Below are positions 25,838-29,129 of a stretch of DNA of 29,129 nucleotides, piece after piece. Numbering within the stretch: position 1 is the first letter of the stretch; every line of letters starts with the position of its first letter. The DNA is taken from positions 1 through 29,129 of the forward strand of contig JAQVXN010000001.1 of the NCBI GenBank assembly GCA_028709135.1, written 5' to 3'. The stretch comes from Bacteroidaceae bacterium (GTDB lineage: Bacteria; Bacteroidota; Bacteroidia; Bacteroidales; Bacteroidaceae). A model generated the notes under the pieces. That model did no database searches, was not told the DNA's origin, and saw nothing but the letters and a program-made list of their open reading frames with translations. The position numbers and the translations under genes were made by a program.

Positions 25838-28819
25838 ATGAAATTAACAAACATAAATTTCCATCTTCAAATCATTTTACGTACCTCATACATTTGCATT
25901 TGTATTTTTCTACTTTTTCCACCAATTATTCGCGCAGCGCAGCCTGATAGTATCAATATTCACGGAAGCATTCAAGATTCTTTCTCCAGAGAAAATCTGC
26001 AAAGCGCTATTCTGACATTCATGCGCCCTGACAGCTCCGTGGTGCGTGTTGACTCCACCAAACGCTTCGATACAACAAATTATGGTGGCTTTTACATGAC
26101 ATCAAGTGGTGGTTTCTATTTCTGCAAACTTCCCGGGGCCGGGAATTATCTGGTTAAAGTACAATCATCAGGCTATCAAACCAAGATATTCCATCTAAAT
26201 ATCCCCGTGCGTAAATACATGAAATGGGTCCGTGATTGGAGTGAAGATTTTCGTCTCGATAAAGAGCATAAAATTCACGAAGTGCAACTCGGAGAAGCCG
26301 TCATCAAGGCGACAAAAATCAAAATGGTACTCAAAGGCGACACGGTGGTTTTCAATGCAGATGCCTTTCAACTCAGTCAAGGCAGCATGCTGGAACAGCT
26401 CATTAAGCAGTTGCCGGGCATGAAACTGGGCGATGGAGGCGACATCACCTACAATGGACAGCACGTCAATTCTCTGCTTGTTAACGGTAAAGATTTCTTC
26501 AAAGGCAATCCAAAAATTGCACTTGAAAACCTTCCTGCCTACATGGTGGACAAAGTAAAAGTCTATCGTCGCTCCGAAGGAGATAACTACCTCAAAAAGG
26601 ATACCGCAGAAATTAACAAAGATAAGAAACTGGTCGTAGACGTAAATTTAAAACGCCAATACAACCAAGGATGGCTCGCTAACGCAGAAGTGGCCGGCGG
26701 TACAAATAACCGATATTTGGCGCGCGGTTTCGCCATGCGCTTCACGGACCATTCCAAGCTTTTTCTTTTTGGCAACATGAACAACATGAATGATACGCAA
26801 ATACCCGGTTCCAGCGGAGACTGGTATGCCAACTGGGTTCCTGCAGGCACCTTAAAAGTACGCATGGGAGGAGGAAATTTCGACTGGGACGACAAGAATA
26901 CAAAAGCAAATGTTCACAGCAATTTCATCGCCACTCATGAATTTACAGACGACGAACAAATAGCCTCCAGTGTCACCTATCTTGGAAACGGAGATACCTA
27001 CAATCGTAATCATTCCCGCCAGGAAAACACACAAACCCATGTCTCTTGGAATAATTCTTTCGAATACCCCGGTAAAAATACTTATTTTCAGTTCAGTCCC
27101 AATATAGATTATTTTCGAATTGAAAGCCATGGTTTGACACGCAGCGCCACATTTAACGCAGACCCACACGACGCCACCCGCAGTGCTTCACTTGACAGTA
27201 TTTTTGCTCCTGCTGGCAGTGCACGTCTCAACCATTTACTCATCAACAGCATGAAAAACCTTACCAGCAGTCTCACCAAAACATTCAATGCATCCTGCTC
27301 TCTTTTCGGCTCTTTCAAATCTCCTATTTTCGGCAATCGTATTTCTCTTCAATTTAGCAGCGATTATAACCATAAAGATTACGACCTTTTCTCACACTAC
27401 ACCCTCAACCAGCCACAGGCTTCTAAACTGGATTTCCGCAATCAGTATACACAGCAACCTACACGCAACTACAATTACAATGCGGGCCTCGGCTACGCTT
27501 GGAATTTTAGTCGCCTACCCAAATTACAATTCCATCTGCATTACAATTACGAACAAACTTATGATCACGGTCAACGTGACTTATATCGTCTGGACAGCCT
27601 CAATAACTGGAACAAACCCGATGCGCATACTATCGGAGCTCTTCCCTCTACAACCGATTCCCTTCATGCCGCACTGGACTGGAAAAACTCTTATCACACC
27701 ATCAACCGCAGTCACACTCATTCTACAATATTTGGAATAGGAAATGCCGTCGGCAAGAGCGGATATCTTTCTCTTGACATTCCCGTCCGTTTCAATTACA
27801 ACTCTATTATTGACGACCGTAATCATCAAATTCGCGAAAAGACACGTTACTTAACCACCTATTCTCCGAGCATTTCTTACTGGCACTCCCTCATGCAAAA
27901 CGGACACTTCAGCTATACAAGCCTTTCCTATTTTTTAGGTCTCAATGCACCCGATATGTCAACCCTCCTCGACGTGGTAGATGATGCCAATCCTCTTGTC
28001 GTGCAATTAGGTAATCCACATCTGAAAAACGCAGCTCGACACGCCATACAATTCAGCATAACGAAAGGCCGAACAAAAAGACAACGCAATATCAATTTTT
28101 CTGGAGGCTGGAATGTTACAACCAATGCCGCAGCGCAAGCCATGACATACAACCGCACCACAGGTGTTTCTACTTACCAGCCCCGCAACATCGATGGCAA
28201 CTGGAGTTCCAATCTTAATTTTGACTACAGCCAAGACGTAGACACCTTGGACCATATCAAACTGAGAACCAGCACAAATCTGAGTTACCTCAACAATGTG
28301 GACTACACTTCAGAACGAGGCGGACAAACGGTGGATCCCTATCGCAGCAGCGTGCACACGTTTACCATCGGAGAGGAACTGAGTGCTACTTACTCCATTA
28401 ACAAAACCCGTATAGATATCCACGGAAAAGTAAATTGGAACAACCTGACTAGCAGTCGTGAAAATTTCAACAATCAGAACACCGCAGAATTCAACTACGG
28501 CATCACCTTTGTATCGCCTCTCGTGTGGGGACTGGAAATTTCCACAGACCTCAATATGAATAGCCGTCGCGGCTACAGCGACAAAAACATGAACGATAAT
28601 AATCTGATTTGGAACGCCGAACTAACGCGCTCATTTCTCAAAAACAAAAATCTAATTCTTAAATTAGACGGCTTTGATATTTTAGGACAGCTGGACAACG
28701 TGCTCAGCGAAGTGAATGCACAAGGACGCACAGAAACATGGTACAACACGGTACCCCGCTATGCCATGCTGCACCTCATTTACCGCCTCAATATACAGCC
28801 CAAAAAGAAAAAAGATTAA
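25838..28819 (+). CDS. Large outer-membrane beta-barrel protein (TonB-dependent-receptor-like, N-terminal carboxypeptidase-regulatory-like domain)
   Basis: Signal peptide, then KGDTVVFNADAF..GSMLEQLIKQLPG, LLVNGKDFF and ALENLPAYMVDKVKVY plug-like region, then amphipathic strands ending PRYAMLHLIYRL. ATG 25838 is preferred over TTG 25763. Confidence 0.85.
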   Translation: MKLTNINFHLQIILRTSYICICIFLLFPPIIRAAQPDSINIHGSIQDSFSRENLQSAILTFMRPDSSVVRVDSTKRFDTTNYGGFYMTSSGGFYFCKLPGAGNYLVKVQSSGYQTKIFHLNIPVRKYMKWVRDWSEDFRLDKEHKIHEVQLGEAVIKATKIKMVLKGDTVVFNADAFQLSQGSMLEQLIKQLPGMKLGDGGDITYNGQHVNSLLVNGKDFFKGNPKIALENLPAYMVDKVKVYRRSEGDNYLKKDTAEINKDKKLVVDVNLKRQYNQGWLANAEVAGGTNNRYLARGFAMRFTDHSKLFLFGNMNNMNDTQIPGSSGDWYANWVPAGTLKVRMGGGNFDWDDKNTKANVHSNFIATHEFTDDEQIASSVTYLGNGDTYNRNHSRQENTQTHVSWNNSFEYPGKNTYFQFSPNIDYFRIESHGLTRSATFNADPHDATRSASLDSIFAPAGSARLNHLLINSMKNLTSSLTKTFNASCSLFGSFKSPIFGNRISLQFSSDYNHKDYDLFSHYTLNQPQASKLDFRNQYTQQPTRNYNYNAGLGYAWNFSRLPKLQFHLHYNYEQTYDHGQRDLYRLDSLNNWNKPDAHTIGALPSTTDSLHAALDWKNSYHTINRSHTHSTIFGIGNAVGKSGYLSLDIPVRFNYNSIIDDRNHQIREKTRYLTTYSPSISYWHSLMQNGHFSYTSLSYFLGLNAPDMSTLLDVVDDANPLVVQLGNPHLKNAARHAIQFSITKGRTKRQRNINFSGGWNVTTNAAAQAMTYNRTTGVSTYQPRNIDGNWSSNLNFDYSQDVDTLDHIKLRTSTNLSYLNNVDYTSERGGQTVDPYRSSVHTFTIGEELSATYSINKTRIDIHGKVNWNNLTSSRENFNNQNTAEFNYGITFVSPLVWGLEISTDLNMNSRRGYSDKNMNDNNLIWNAELTRSFLKNKNLILKLDGFDILGQLDNVLSEVNAQGRTETWYNTVPRYAMLHLIYRLNIQPKKKKD

Positions 28820-28990
28820 TTTCTCTTTACCTCGTTCTAAAATAGCGTTACACTAAAAAAGACTTGTTTTCTCATCTTAGAGGCCTTCAAAAATCACATC
28901 ATCTCAAAGCCTCTCACAAGTTTGTATTTGAAAAAAACAGGTTGTTATTCAAAAAAAACAAGACGCTACTTGTCAAAAACAAAACAAATA

Positions 28991-28998
28991 TATTTTTG
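28991..28998 (+). promoter_or_regulatory. -7 element for a gene beyond the window end
   Basis: TATTTTTG, with TTG at 28970-28972. Confidence 0.5.
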
Positions 28999-29129
28999 CA
29001 CGACTCATACATCGTGGAAATATTCTCGATATGACGAATAACAGATGTTTGTAAAAGAGGCTTTAAAATCAAGAGCGCATCGTTTTTTCTCTTTCGTTTA
29101 CTTATCAAAAATCTTCAGGAAGCACAACA

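Noticed and set aside
28914-29108. 64-aa minus-strand ORF at the window end
   Set aside because: It is low-complexity AT-rich sequence overlapping a + strand promoter motif, with no coding hallmarks.

Overview
Chromosomal window of a Bacteroidales bacterium, Prevotellaceae-like by gene content and by many TAnnTTTG (-7) promoter motifs; the taxon is an inference. Most of it is housekeeping: RsmB/RsmF-type methyltransferase, thyA-folA, nrdD-nrdG, a LuxR response regulator, metY-cysK, tRNA-Ser(GGA), GT2-mlaF-mlaE, lptB, tatD-polyprenyl synthase-tonB, porQ-cmk-ispH, meaB-DUF1573, xth and a large outer-membrane beta-barrel. The unusual parts are non-coding or below the ORF-track cutoff. (1) A cobalamin riboswitch with a terminator sits in front of an nrdDG whose finger loop reads SCCRL rather than MGCR. 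(2) The 1.4-kb 'empty' gap 12134-13540 holds an internally deleted secreted alpha-galactosidase-like gene, then a 586-bp element with 32-bp terminal inverted repeats and an 8-bp flanking direct repeat; this element carries an array of 21-bp pseudo-palindromic repeats. (3) At the window start, the 5' end of a TrpB2-like gene is joined out of frame to the 3' end of an RND permease. I see no complete novel multi-gene system, CRISPR array, prophage or integrase. The best leads are the repeat-carrying non-autonomous element, the B12-controlled CC-type class III RNR and the two deletion scars. All family assignments are by motif recognition, not database search.
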